In this document: in pieces, positions 17,418 through 27,598 of the stretch
Layout: the number at the start of each line of letters is the position of its first letter
How positions within the stretch are numbered: the first letter of the stretch is position 1
Source of the DNA: an uncultured Candidatus Binatia bacterium
GTDB lineage: Bacteria > Desulfobacterota > Binatia > HRBIN30
Direction of reading: 5' to 3'
Assembly: GCA_964524885.1 (NCBI GenBank)
Contig: CAZGEJ010000008.1
Span: forward strand, 53,462 to 117,461
DNA: 64,000 nucleotides
Made by a program: the position numbers and the translations under genes
The notes under the pieces: model-generated
Database searches by the model: none
Told to the model about the DNA's origin: nothing
The model's input: only the letters and a program-made list of their open reading frames with translations

Positions 17418-19376
17418 ATGCAAGCAAGCGAACCGTCGACTCCCGCGTCGACCGAGAACACTTCCGGCCATCACGGCCACGGCGAGGCGCACGGGCACAC
17501 GCCGCACGGGCCGACGCTAGCGCTCGCACTCGGCGCGTTGGGCGTCGTCTACGGCGACATCGGCACCTCGCCCCTCTACACGGTGCGCGAGTGTTTCATC
17601 GGCCCGCACGCCGTGCCGATCAATCCGGACAACATTCTCGGCATCCTGTCGCTGGTGTTCTGGTCGATGACCGTACTCGTCTCGATCAAGTACCTGAGTT
17701 TCGTCATGCGCGCCGACAACGAGGGCGAAGGCGGGGTCATGGCGTTGCTGGCGCTGGTCATTCCGGCGGGCAACGACCCGACGCCGCGGCGGTCGCGACT
17801 CATCCTCGTTGGGCTGTTCGGTTCCGCGCTGCTCTACGGCGACGGCGTGATCACACCGGCGATTTCGGTGCTTTCGGCGGTCGAGGGACTGAGCGTCGCT
17901 ACCCACACGCTCGAGCCCTTGGTCATGCCGATCGCCTTCGTGATCTTGATCGGCTTGTTCTCGGTGCAGAAACGCGGCACGGCCGGCCTCGGCACCATCT
18001 TCGGGCCGGCGATGCTCGCGTGGTTCATCACCATCGGCATTCTTGGTCTGCACTCGATCCTGACCCAGGCTCACGGCGAGATTTCGGTCTTGCAGGCTCT
18101 TTATCCGTGGCACGCTCTCACCTTCTTCATCGACAACGGCGTGCACGGCTTCCTCATCCTCGGGTCGGTCGTTCTGTGCGTCACCGGCGGCGAGGCGCTC
18201 TACGCCGACATGGGGCATTTCGGCGCCCGACCGATCCGACTCGCTTGGTACACGGTCGCCCTACCCGGCCTGCTGTTGAACTACTTCGGCCAGGGGGCGC
18301 TCCTGCTCGCCGAGGGCAGTGCGGTGCGCAACCCCTTCTTCGAGTTGGCGCCGGCCTGGGCCCTGTATCCGCTCGTCGGCCTGTCGACGTTGGCGACGAT
18401 CATCGCCTCGCAAGCCCTCATCTCCGGCGCCTTCTCGCTGACCCAGCAGGCGACCCAGCTCGGCTACTTGCCGCGCTTCAACATCATCCACACCTCCGGC
18501 CAAGCCGCCGGCCAAATCTACATCCCCGAAGTCAACGCCGCCCTCATGGTGATGTGCCTGCTGCTGGTGTTGGGCTTTCAGAACTCGAGCAATCTCGCCA
18601 GTGCCTACGGCATTGCCGTCACCATCACCATGGCGGTGACCACCGTGCTGTTTTACGTCTTGGCACGTGACCAATGGCGCTGGCCCAAACTGCCCACACT
18701 GGCGATCGTCACTCTCTTTCTCGTCTTCGAACTCGCCTTCCTCGCCGCCAATCTCGTCAAGGTGGTGGCGGGTGGTTGGTTCCCTCTGCTGGTCGGCTTG
18801 ATCGTCTTCACGGTACTGACCACCTGGAAGCGCGGCCGCTCCGAGGTCGCCCTCCTGCTCAGCCGTGCCGGCTTGCCGCTCGATGCCTTCCTCGCCGACG
18901 TCGAAATCAATCGCCCGCACCGGGTCGAGGGCACCGCGGTGGTCATGACCTCCAACCCCGAGGGCGTGCCGCCGGTGTTGCTGCATCATTTCAAGCACAA
19001 CAAGACGCTGCACAAACGCGTCGCCCTGGTGTCGATCCTCTCCGAAAAGCGTCCGGAAGTGCCCGATCGGGAGAAGGTCGCCGTCACCGAACTCGGCCAC
19101 GGCTTTTTCCGCGTCGTCGCCCGCTTCGGCTTCATGGAAACGCCGCGCATCCGCCACGTCTTGCGCCTATGCCAAGCCCACGGGCATGCCTTCGACATGA
19201 TGCAGACGACGTTCTTCCTCGGCCGCGAAACGTTGCTCTCGACCGGCAAGTCGAAGATGGCGCGCTGGCGCAAGCGCCTCTACTCCTTGCTGGCGCGCAA
19301 CGCGCCGTCGGCCGCCTCCTTCTTCGACATTCCGCCGAACCGCGTCGTCGAACTGGGCACGCAGCTCGAACTGTAA
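17418..19376 (+). CDS. kup: KUP/HAK/KT family potassium uptake transporter
   Basis: Translation MQASEPSTP...GALGVVYGDIGTSPLYTVRECF... carries the Kup signature GVVYGDIGTSPLY. It has 12 TM-like segments and a cytoplasmic C-terminal domain. Confidence 0.9.
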   Translation: MQASEPSTPASTENTSGHHGHGEAHGHTPHGPTLALALGALGVVYGDIGTSPLYTVRECFIGPHAVPINPDNILGILSLVFWSMTVLVSIKYLSFVMRADNEGEGGVMALLALVIPAGNDPTPRRSRLILVGLFGSALLYGDGVITPAISVLSAVEGLSVATHTLEPLVMPIAFVILIGLFSVQKRGTAGLGTIFGPAMLAWFITIGILGLHSILTQAHGEISVLQALYPWHALTFFIDNGVHGFLILGSVVLCVTGGEALYADMGHFGARPIRLAWYTVALPGLLLNYFGQGALLLAEGSAVRNPFFELAPAWALYPLVGLSTLATIIASQALISGAFSLTQQATQLGYLPRFNIIHTSGQAAGQIYIPEVNAALMVMCLLLVLGFQNSSNLASAYGIAVTITMAVTTVLFYVLARDQWRWPKLPTLAIVTLFLVFELAFLAANLVKVVAGGWFPLLVGLIVFTVLTTWKRGRSEVALLLSRAGLPLDAFLADVEINRPHRVEGTAVVMTSNPEGVPPVLLHHFKHNKTLHKRVALVSILSEKRPEVPDREKVAVTELGHGFFRVVARFGFMETPRIRHVLRLCQAHGHAFDMMQTTFFLGRETLLSTGKSKMARWRKRLYSLLARNAPSAASFFDIPPNRVVELGTQLEL

Positions 19377-19440
19377 GGCGCGGCTTCCAGCCGACACCGC
19401 TCCTGAGGTATCGAACCGCATGGAAGATGAGGAGATCGTC

Positions 19441-20481
19441 ATGCATCGCTACATCCGCTCGATCGGGCTCCGCCTCGCGCTCGCGCTCTCCCTCTGGGTC
19501 GGCAGCGGTACGCCGGCGTGGGCCGTCGCCGCCGACCTCGGCGAACTACTCCCGGCTCTCGGCTTCGACCAGGACGACGCCGACGACCTGCTCTCGGGCA
19601 AGGTACTCGCCGGAGAACTGACCGAAGGTGGCGGCAAGGAGTTGGCGATCACCCTCGCTCTCTTCGTCAAGGCCCCCCCGAGCAAGATCGCGCACGCCGT
19701 CCGCGACGGCGAGACGCTGCACGCCTCGCGCGACGTACTCGGCACAGCGACGCTCACCGACGCTGCAACCGCCGCCGCCGCATTGGCCAAGATCTCCTTG
19801 CCCGACAAGGAAGTGGTGGCTCTCTCGCAAGCCGAAGCCGGCTCCGACTTCAACCTCTCCAGCGACGAGATCGCCGCCCTGCGCGCGGCAGCCGCAGGGA
19901 AGTCTGCCAAGGAAGTGGCCACCGACGCCAACCTGCGCGCCGCGGTCGCCGATGCCTACCGCAAGGCCTTGGCGCAGCGCCTCGCGGCCTACCAGGCACG
20001 CGGCGTCGCCGGTATCGCCGCCTACGATCGCGGCGGCAGTCGCTCGCAACCATCCGACGAACTCGCCGGCGCCCTCGGCCGCGACGCCGTCCTGCGGCAA
20101 CGCCAGCCGGAAGTGTACGCCGCATTGGAATCGTTCCCGAAGAAACCTCTCGCCGGCGCCGAACATCAGTTCCTCGGCCTGTTGCAGGACGCCAACGGCC
20201 GTCCGGCCATGGTGCTGTCACATCGGATGTTCGTCGATCTGCCGCACGGAGCCCTGCTGGCCGAGCGACAATTCTTCGTCGGCCATTCGTACAACTCATT
20301 GCAAGTCTTGATCGGTGTCATCCCCGTCGACGGCGGTTCCGTGGTGTTCTATCGCAACCGCACCTTCACCGACCAGGTCACCGGCTTCGGCGGCGCGGCC
20401 AAGCGCGGCATCGGCGAGACGATGATGCGCGACGCCATCTCGGCCAAGCTCGAAGCGATTCGCAGCAAGGTCTTCGAATGA
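19441..20481 (+). CDS. Secreted hypothetical protein (signal peptide MHRYIRSIGLRLALALSLWVGSGTPAWA)
   Basis: ORF with GAGGAG 7 nt upstream of the ATG at 19441; an alternative start is 19420. Confidence 0.55.
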   Translation: MHRYIRSIGLRLALALSLWVGSGTPAWAVAADLGELLPALGFDQDDADDLLSGKVLAGELTEGGGKELAITLALFVKAPPSKIAHAVRDGETLHASRDVLGTATLTDAATAAAALAKISLPDKEVVALSQAEAGSDFNLSSDEIAALRAAAAGKSAKEVATDANLRAAVADAYRKALAQRLAAYQARGVAGIAAYDRGGSRSQPSDELAGALGRDAVLRQRQPEVYAALESFPKKPLAGAEHQFLGLLQDANGRPAMVLSHRMFVDLPHGALLAERQFFVGHSYNSLQVLIGVIPVDGGSVVFYRNRTFTDQVTGFGGAAKRGIGETMMRDAISAKLEAIRSKVFE

Positions 20482-20525
20482 CCCGCCGCCAGCAGCGGCA
20501 ATCACCGCAGGACAAGGAGGGCAAG

Positions 20526-21548
20526 ATGCGCCACGGTTGGATGATCGCCGCCATCGCTGGGCTCATGCTCGGCATCACGGGAACCGCGCAGGCGCAGCAA
20601 CTGAGTCACTATCTGCCGGGCCTTCCCAACTCGAACGACCTCTTCCTGCCACCGGAAGAGGCGGGTGAACTCGTCTATCTTCAGTACAACGTCTATTACC
20701 GCCCCGCAGCCTTGCGCAACGGCGACGGCAAAGAGATCGACGAGATCACCTTCACGCCCCGCTTCGGCAACCCGCGCACGGTCGACCTCGATCTCGACAT
20801 CGATCTCGTCTACATCGTGCCCACCATGGTCTGGGCACCGGACGTCCCCGTCCTCGGCGGTCGTTATGCCGCCTATGTCGCCCTGCCCGTCGGCCACCCC
20901 TCGATCAACGCCGGCGTCGAGTCGGCCCTCGGCTTCGGCCGCAACATCGACGAGTCCTCCTGGGGCGTGGGCGACATGTTCATCCAACCGCTCTGGTTCA
21001 TGTGGACCTTCCCGCGCCAGGGACGCCGCCCGACCCTCGATGTGACGGCAGGCTACGGCTTCGACGCACCCACCGGACGATACGAGGCCGGCGCCGCCGA
21101 CAACACCGGACTCGGCTTCTGGGAGCATCAATTCCAGTCGGCCCTGCGTCTGCGCGTCGACGAGCGCATCGGCCTCAATGCCTTCGTCGCCCACACCTTC
21201 GAAGTCGGCCACAACAAGGAAGACGCCGACATCCGACCCGGCGCCCACTATACGACCAACTGGGGCTTCGGACGGCAGTTCGCCGAGGGCTGGTTGGAGA
21301 CCGCCGTGCTCGGCTACCACTCCTTCCAGATCACCGAGGACTCCGGCTCCGACGTCCTCGCTCGCACCAAAGACGACCTCGATCAGGTCCACGGGATCGG
21401 CGCCCAACTGGGCGTTCCGAAGCTGGGCCTGTCGGTCAAGTACTTCCGCGAGTTCTGTGCCCAATCGCGCTTCGAAGGGGATCTCGTCACGTTCACCTTC
21501 GCTCTGCCTCTCGAGTTGCTGGCGCAGAAAGTCGGGCTCGACCTTTGA
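20526..21548 (+). CDS. Putative outer-membrane beta-barrel protein (transporter / MetA-pathway-like family)
   Basis: Signal peptide MRHGWMIAAIAGLMLGITGTAQAQQ with AGGAGGG upstream. It has alternating amphipathic beta-strand composition and many aromatic residues. The family assignment is from recollection, not a database search. Confidence 0.45.
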   Translation: MRHGWMIAAIAGLMLGITGTAQAQQLSHYLPGLPNSNDLFLPPEEAGELVYLQYNVYYRPAALRNGDGKEIDEITFTPRFGNPRTVDLDLDIDLVYIVPTMVWAPDVPVLGGRYAAYVALPVGHPSINAGVESALGFGRNIDESSWGVGDMFIQPLWFMWTFPRQGRRPTLDVTAGYGFDAPTGRYEAGAADNTGLGFWEHQFQSALRLRVDERIGLNAFVAHTFEVGHNKEDADIRPGAHYTTNWGFGRQFAEGWLETAVLGYHSFQITEDSGSDVLARTKDDLDQVHGIGAQLGVPKLGLSVKYFREFCAQSRFEGDLVTFTFALPLELLAQKVGLDL

Positions 21549-21592
21549 GGCACCCCTGCGCGCCGGCCGTGCCGCGGCGAGGCCGGCCAGGC

Positions 21593-23812
21593 GTGACCCG
21601 TCTCGCGGTCGCGGCGCTGCTCGCCTTCGCCGCGGCAGCCCATGCCGACACCGGGTTCGTCGACGAGTCGACCTGCGCCTCCTGCCATGCAACCGCCGCC
21701 GCCGCTTGGGCCGGCTCGCACCACGATCTCGCCATGCAGGAGGCCTCCGCGTCGACCGTGCGCGGAGCCTTCCACGGCTCGGAGGTGACATACGCAGGCG
21801 TCACCTCGCGCTTCAGCCAGCGCGACGGGCGCTTCTTCGTGCGCACCGACGGCGCCGACGGCCAACTCGCCGAATTCGCCATCAGCGCCGCCTTCGGGGT
21901 CGAACCCTTGCAGCAATATCTGGTGGATTTCGCCGACGGGCGAAAACAACCCCTGCCCCTCGCCTGGGATACCGCCGCGCGCCGCTGGTTCCACCTGTAT
22001 CCCGACGAATCGGTCGACTTCCGCGACGAGTTGCACTGGACCAAGCCGGCACAGAACTGGAATCACATGTGCGGCGAGTGCCACGCCACCGGCTATCGCA
22101 AGAACTACGACGCCGGCAAGGATCGCTTCGCCACCGCCGCCGCACGCTTCGACGTCGGCTGCCAGGCTTGCCACGGCCCCGCTGCGCGTCATCTGGAGTG
22201 GGCCAAGTCCGTCACGCCCGACGCCGCGCCTCGCCCACGCGACGTGGTACGACGGGGTTTCGACGTCGACCTGAGCGACGGCGACCGCCAACTCGAGGTG
22301 TGCGCCCAGTGCCACGCCCGCCGCGCCCGGCTGAGCGACGACGTCCGCTTCGACGCGCCGCTGCTCGACGCCCACCTGCCGGCCCTGTTGACCGAAGACC
22401 TTTATACCGCCGACGGCCAGATCCTCGGCGAGGTGTTCGAGTACGGATCGTTTCTCCAAAGCCGTATGCATGCCAAAGGCGTGCGTTGCAGCGACTGCCA
22501 CGAGCCGCATTCGACCCGCGTCCGCGCACCGGGGAACGCGCTGTGCGTCACATGCCACAACCCGACGGCCCCGGCCGCCGGCGCACACGTCGACACGAGC
22601 GGCTTGCTGCGCAAGACGTACGACGCGCCGGAGCACCATTTCCATCAGCCAGGCACGCCGGGCGCGCGATGCGTCGACTGCCACGCGCCGCCGCGCACCT
22701 ACATGGTCGTCGACCCGCGCCACGATCACAGCTTCCGCGTGCCGCGCCCGGATCTTTCGGTCAGCCTCGGCACGCCCAACGCCTGCCAGGGCTGTCATGC
22801 GGACAAGCCCGCTCCGTGGGCCGTCGAGCAGATCGAACGACGCTTCGGCACCCAACGCCGCCAACAACCCCATTTCGGCTCGACGCTGGCCGCCGGACGA
22901 CGTGGCCAACCGGGTGCGGCGGCGGCGCTGGCCGGCTTGATCGCCGACACGAGCCAACCCGGCATCGTGCGAGCCACCGCGCTCGAAGTCTTCACGGCCT
23001 ATCCGGGTCGGCCGTTGCTCGAAGCCCTGGCGCGCGCGACACGCGACGGCGACGCGCTCGTGCGGCGCACTGCCGCGACGGCCCACGAATCGCTGCCGCC
23101 CGAGATGCGCCGAGCGGCGCTCGAACCGCTGTTGAGCGACCCGACGCGTGCCGTGCGCATCGAAGCGGCACGCCTGCTGGCGCCCGTCGCCGCCGGGTTG
23201 GCGCCGGACGCTGCGGCGAAACAGGCGCGCGCCATCGCCGAACTCGAAGCGGTTTTCGCCCGCAACGCCGACCGGGCCGACGGCCTGACCAACCAGGGCA
23301 ACCTCGCCGTGGCCCGCAACGATGCAGCCGCGGCGGAGCGTTTGTTTGAGCAAGCCATCCGGCGCGACCCCCATTTCGTGCCGGCCTACGTCAATCTCGC
23401 CGACCTCTACCGCGCCACCGGACGTGAACCACAAGCCGAGAGCACGCTGCGCGCCGGCCTGGCCGTCGTGCCGCAAGCACCGGCGCTACACGAGACTCTC
23501 GGCCTCGCCTTGGTGCGCCAAGGCAGGAAAAACGAGGCCTTGCAGGAGTTCACCGCCGCCGTGAATGCGGCGCCGGAGGAGTCTCGCCTGGCGTATGTGT
23601 ACGCCTTGTCGCTCGACGACGCCGGCCGCCGCGCCGAGGCCATCGCGGTGCTCGAAACCGCCGACGCCCGGAGGAGCGACCGCGACATCCTTTTGGCGCT
23701 GGCAGCGTATGCGCGCGATGCCGGCGATACCGCCGCGATGGCGCGGCATCTCCAATCCCTGGCGGCCATCAACCCGCACGATCCCGCCGTCGCTCCCGCG
23801 GCACCACGCTGA
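21593..23812 (+). CDS. Multiheme cytochrome c (8 CXXCH motifs) fused to C-terminal TPR repeats
   Basis: GTG start followed by signal peptide VTRLAVAALLAFAAAAHA. Haem-binding motifs: CASCH, CGECH, CQACH, CAQCH, CSDCH, CVTCH, CVDCH, CQGCH. The C-terminal half has TPR-like repeats (RADGLTNQGNLAVARNDAAAAERLFEQAIRRDPHFVPAYVNLADLY...). Confidence 0.8.
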   Translation: MTRLAVAALLAFAAAAHADTGFVDESTCASCHATAAAAWAGSHHDLAMQEASASTVRGAFHGSEVTYAGVTSRFSQRDGRFFVRTDGADGQLAEFAISAAFGVEPLQQYLVDFADGRKQPLPLAWDTAARRWFHLYPDESVDFRDELHWTKPAQNWNHMCGECHATGYRKNYDAGKDRFATAAARFDVGCQACHGPAARHLEWAKSVTPDAAPRPRDVVRRGFDVDLSDGDRQLEVCAQCHARRARLSDDVRFDAPLLDAHLPALLTEDLYTADGQILGEVFEYGSFLQSRMHAKGVRCSDCHEPHSTRVRAPGNALCVTCHNPTAPAAGAHVDTSGLLRKTYDAPEHHFHQPGTPGARCVDCHAPPRTYMVVDPRHDHSFRVPRPDLSVSLGTPNACQGCHADKPAPWAVEQIERRFGTQRRQQPHFGSTLAAGRRGQPGAAAALAGLIADTSQPGIVRATALEVFTAYPGRPLLEALARATRDGDALVRRTAATAHESLPPEMRRAALEPLLSDPTRAVRIEAARLLAPVAAGLAPDAAAKQARAIAELEAVFARNADRADGLTNQGNLAVARNDAAAAERLFEQAIRRDPHFVPAYVNLADLYRATGREPQAESTLRAGLAVVPQAPALHETLGLALVRQGRKNEALQEFTAAVNAAPEESRLAYVYALSLDDAGRRAEAIAVLETADARRSDRDILLALAAYARDAGDTAAMARHLQSLAAINPHDPAVAPAAPR

Positions 23813-23851
23813 GTCGCGCCGACGCGAGCGACGAGACGGGCGTCGGGCGCG

Positions 23852-24154
23852 TCAGCCGCGCGACGCGAGCACGTGCTCGCGGTGCAACAAGTAGAGCAAG
23901 GCGCCGATGCTGCCGAGACCGAGCGTGGCGGCGACGTAGGGCGGCGCGGCGATGCCTTGCTCGCGGGCATCGCGCACCATCCACACGAGAAACAACATCA
24001 GCGCGATGACCAAATCGAAGAACACCTGCATGCCCATCGTGTTGGCGAAGTGGTAGGCGAAAAGCGCCACGAGACCGTGGTAGTAGAGCGCGTGAGCGGT
24101 CAACCCGAGGAACGCGACGAGCACGCCCGTCAACGCAAGTTGCTTGGCATTCAT
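23852..24154 (-). CDS. Small hydrophobic membrane protein (100 aa), unknown function
   Basis: ORF MNAKQLALTGVLVAFLGLTAHALYY... with three predicted TM helices. Confidence 0.45.
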   Translation of the reverse strand: MNAKQLALTGVLVAFLGLTAHALYYHGLVALFAYHFANTMGMQVFFDLVIALMLFLVWMVRDAREQGIAAPPYVAATLGLGSIGALLYLLHREHVLASRG

Positions 24155-24333
24155 GGAACCCTCCTGATGCGGACAGCGTCCGCGCTGGCGTTTGGCGCGG
24201 CTTCACTCCAAGCCGCGTGCCATCCCGGCGCATGCGGCACGTTCGGCCGCCGACGACTGCGGCGACGTAGCCACGTTGCCGCGGGGCAACACGCGTTGCG
24301 CCGCCGCAACACGCTGGCCGCCGACTTGCGGCT

Positions 24334-25412
24334 GTGGATCGGCTTGCCGACAATGTGCCGCATGGTTCGAAAGTTGCGTCACCCTCGGGTCGAACCGCGA
24401 TGGAGATACCCGTGACCGCTGCCCCGTCCGCCACTGCACCCCTTCCCACGACCGATCGAGCCACTGGGCCGCGCTGGCGCTGGTGGGGCGTCGTCGCCGG
24501 GATCGCGTCCGGACTCTTCGACACCTTCGGGTTGCGCGCCCTCGGCGTGTCCCTCGAGGTCAACGGCAACGACGTGATGCCGGCGGTCGCCCTGTTCTTC
24601 GCCAGTTCGTTCGCCCTGCTCGGCTTTCTCCTCGGTTATCTCGTCGAGCAACGACGCAGCGAACGCGCCATGGCCGATGTCGTACACCGGCAGCTCGCCG
24701 ACCTGGCGGCACTACGCGACCGGCTGGCCCAGAGCGAGAAGCTCGCAGCCCTCGGCCAACTGGCGGCGGCCATCGCGCACGAAGTGCGCAATCCTCTCGG
24801 CGTCATTCGCTCGGCGGCACAAGGCATCGGCGAATCCCTCACCTCGGACGATCGCGACACGCGCCGAGCCTGCGCCTTCATCACCGACGAGATCGATCGC
24901 CTCAACGGCGTCATCACCGCCCTGCTCGCCTTCGCCCGCCCCCTGAAGCTCGACCGCCGACCGACCTCGGTCGCCGCCATGCTCGAACGGGCGACCCAAC
25001 TCGTGGCCCGCGAACTCGCCGGCAGAACGCTCGAGCTACGCGCGCACCCTCCCCACGATGCGCTGGCGATCGAAGCCGACGCCGACCTCGCCACCCAAGC
25101 TCTCGTCGACCTCTTGCTCAATGCGGCCGCCGTCAGCCCGCCCGGCGCCGATATCGAGGTCGACACCCGCGTCGAACTCGACGCGGTGACCATCGCCGTC
25201 GTCGATCACGGTCCCGGCGTGCCCGTGGAACTGCGGGAGCGCATCTTCGAACCCTTCTTCACCACCAAGCCCGAAGGCACCGGGCTCGGCCTTGCCGTGG
25301 CGCGACAGATCGCCGTAGCGCATGGCGGACGCCTCTGCGTCGAAGCGGCTGCCGCCGGCGGTAGCCGCTTCAGCCTGGTCTTGCCGCGAGCCAGCGCCGC
25401 CCTGGTGCCCGC

Positions 25413-25416
<4 letters not shown>
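24334..25416 (+). CDS. Sensor histidine kinase (TM segments, HisKA, HATPase_c)
   Basis: H-box AAIAHEVRNPLGVI and G-boxes DHGPGVP...GTGLGLAV. A likely alternative start is the ATG at 24400 (MEIPVT). The stop overlaps the downstream start (ATGA). Confidence 0.8.
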
Positions 25417-26756
<1,340 letters not shown>

Positions 26757-26770
26757 ACCGACGCCGCGGT

Positions 26771-27598
26771 TCAGGAACGCCGGGCGCGCGCCACCATGCG
26801 ATCGGCGAGTGCATTGGTGAGACGACGCGGCAGCAACTTCTGCAACCACCAGGCGAAACGGGCGCGCCGGCCCGGGATGATCAGAAACTGTCCACGCTCG
26901 AGGCGGTCGATCATGTAACGGCAGCCCGCATCGAGGTCGACCACGCCGGCGAACAACTTCATCGCCGCCGTCTCCGGCGGGCGATCGCGCCGCTCGGACC
27001 GTGCCATCGGCGTGTCGATCTCGGGCGGACAGATCAGGCTCACCGCGATGCCGCGGGGTCGGCATTCGGTCCGCAGCACGCTACCCAACCCGACGACGGC
27101 ATGCTTCGACGCGGCGTAGCCGGCCTGACCATAGGCGGTGGTCAGGCCGGCGAGAGAAGCGACGAGGGCCAGATGCGAACCCGCCTGCATGTGCGGCAAT
27201 ACGGCAGCCGCCAAGTGGCGCGTACCGAATACGTTGATCCGCACCATGTCCTCGAACCGCTGCGCCGGAAATTCGAGAAACGGGCGCGAGAACCCGCCGA
27301 CGCCGGCGGCGTGGAAGACCACCCGCGGCGGACCGAGGTCGCCGACGACCCGTTCGACCGCAACGGCCAAGCCGGCGGCGTCGGTGACGTCGACGATTTC
27401 CGTCAGCACGACCTGCGCCGCGGAGCGCCGGTTCGCTTCGATCGCCGCCACGACCGCAGCATCGAAATGGCGGTCGAACAATGACAGCGATGCACCCCGA
27501 CCGGCATAGAGTTCGGCCACGCGACGCCCGATGCCGCTACCGGCGCCGGTGACGAGGACGTGATCCCAGCTGGCGCCCGACATGCGACTCACCCGCAT
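26771..27598 (-). CDS. Short-chain dehydrogenase/reductase (SDR)
   Basis: TGAGSGIG Rossmann motif and a YxxxK catalytic motif (YAASK); overlaps the upstream regulator gene by 10 bp. Confidence 0.8.
   Translation of the reverse strand: MRVSRMSGASWDHVLVTGAGSGIGRRVAELYAGRGASLSLFDRHFDAAVVAAIEANRRSAAQVVLTEIVDVTDAAGLAVAVERVVGDLGPPRVVFHAAGVGGFSRPFLEFPAQRFEDMVRINVFGTRHLAAAVLPHMQAGSHLALVASLAGLTTAYGQAGYAASKHAVVGLGSVLRTECRPRGIAVSLICPPEIDTPMARSERRDRPPETAAMKLFAGVVDLDAGCRYMIDRLERGQFLIIPGRRARFAWWLQKLLPRRLTNALADRMVARARRS

Noticed and set aside
21178-23476. ORFs 21178..23349 (+) and 21383..23476 (-), 700 aa each
   Set aside because: These are alternate and antisense frames of the multihaem cytochrome gene. 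They are extremely Arg/Gly-rich and lack CXXCH or any other motif.
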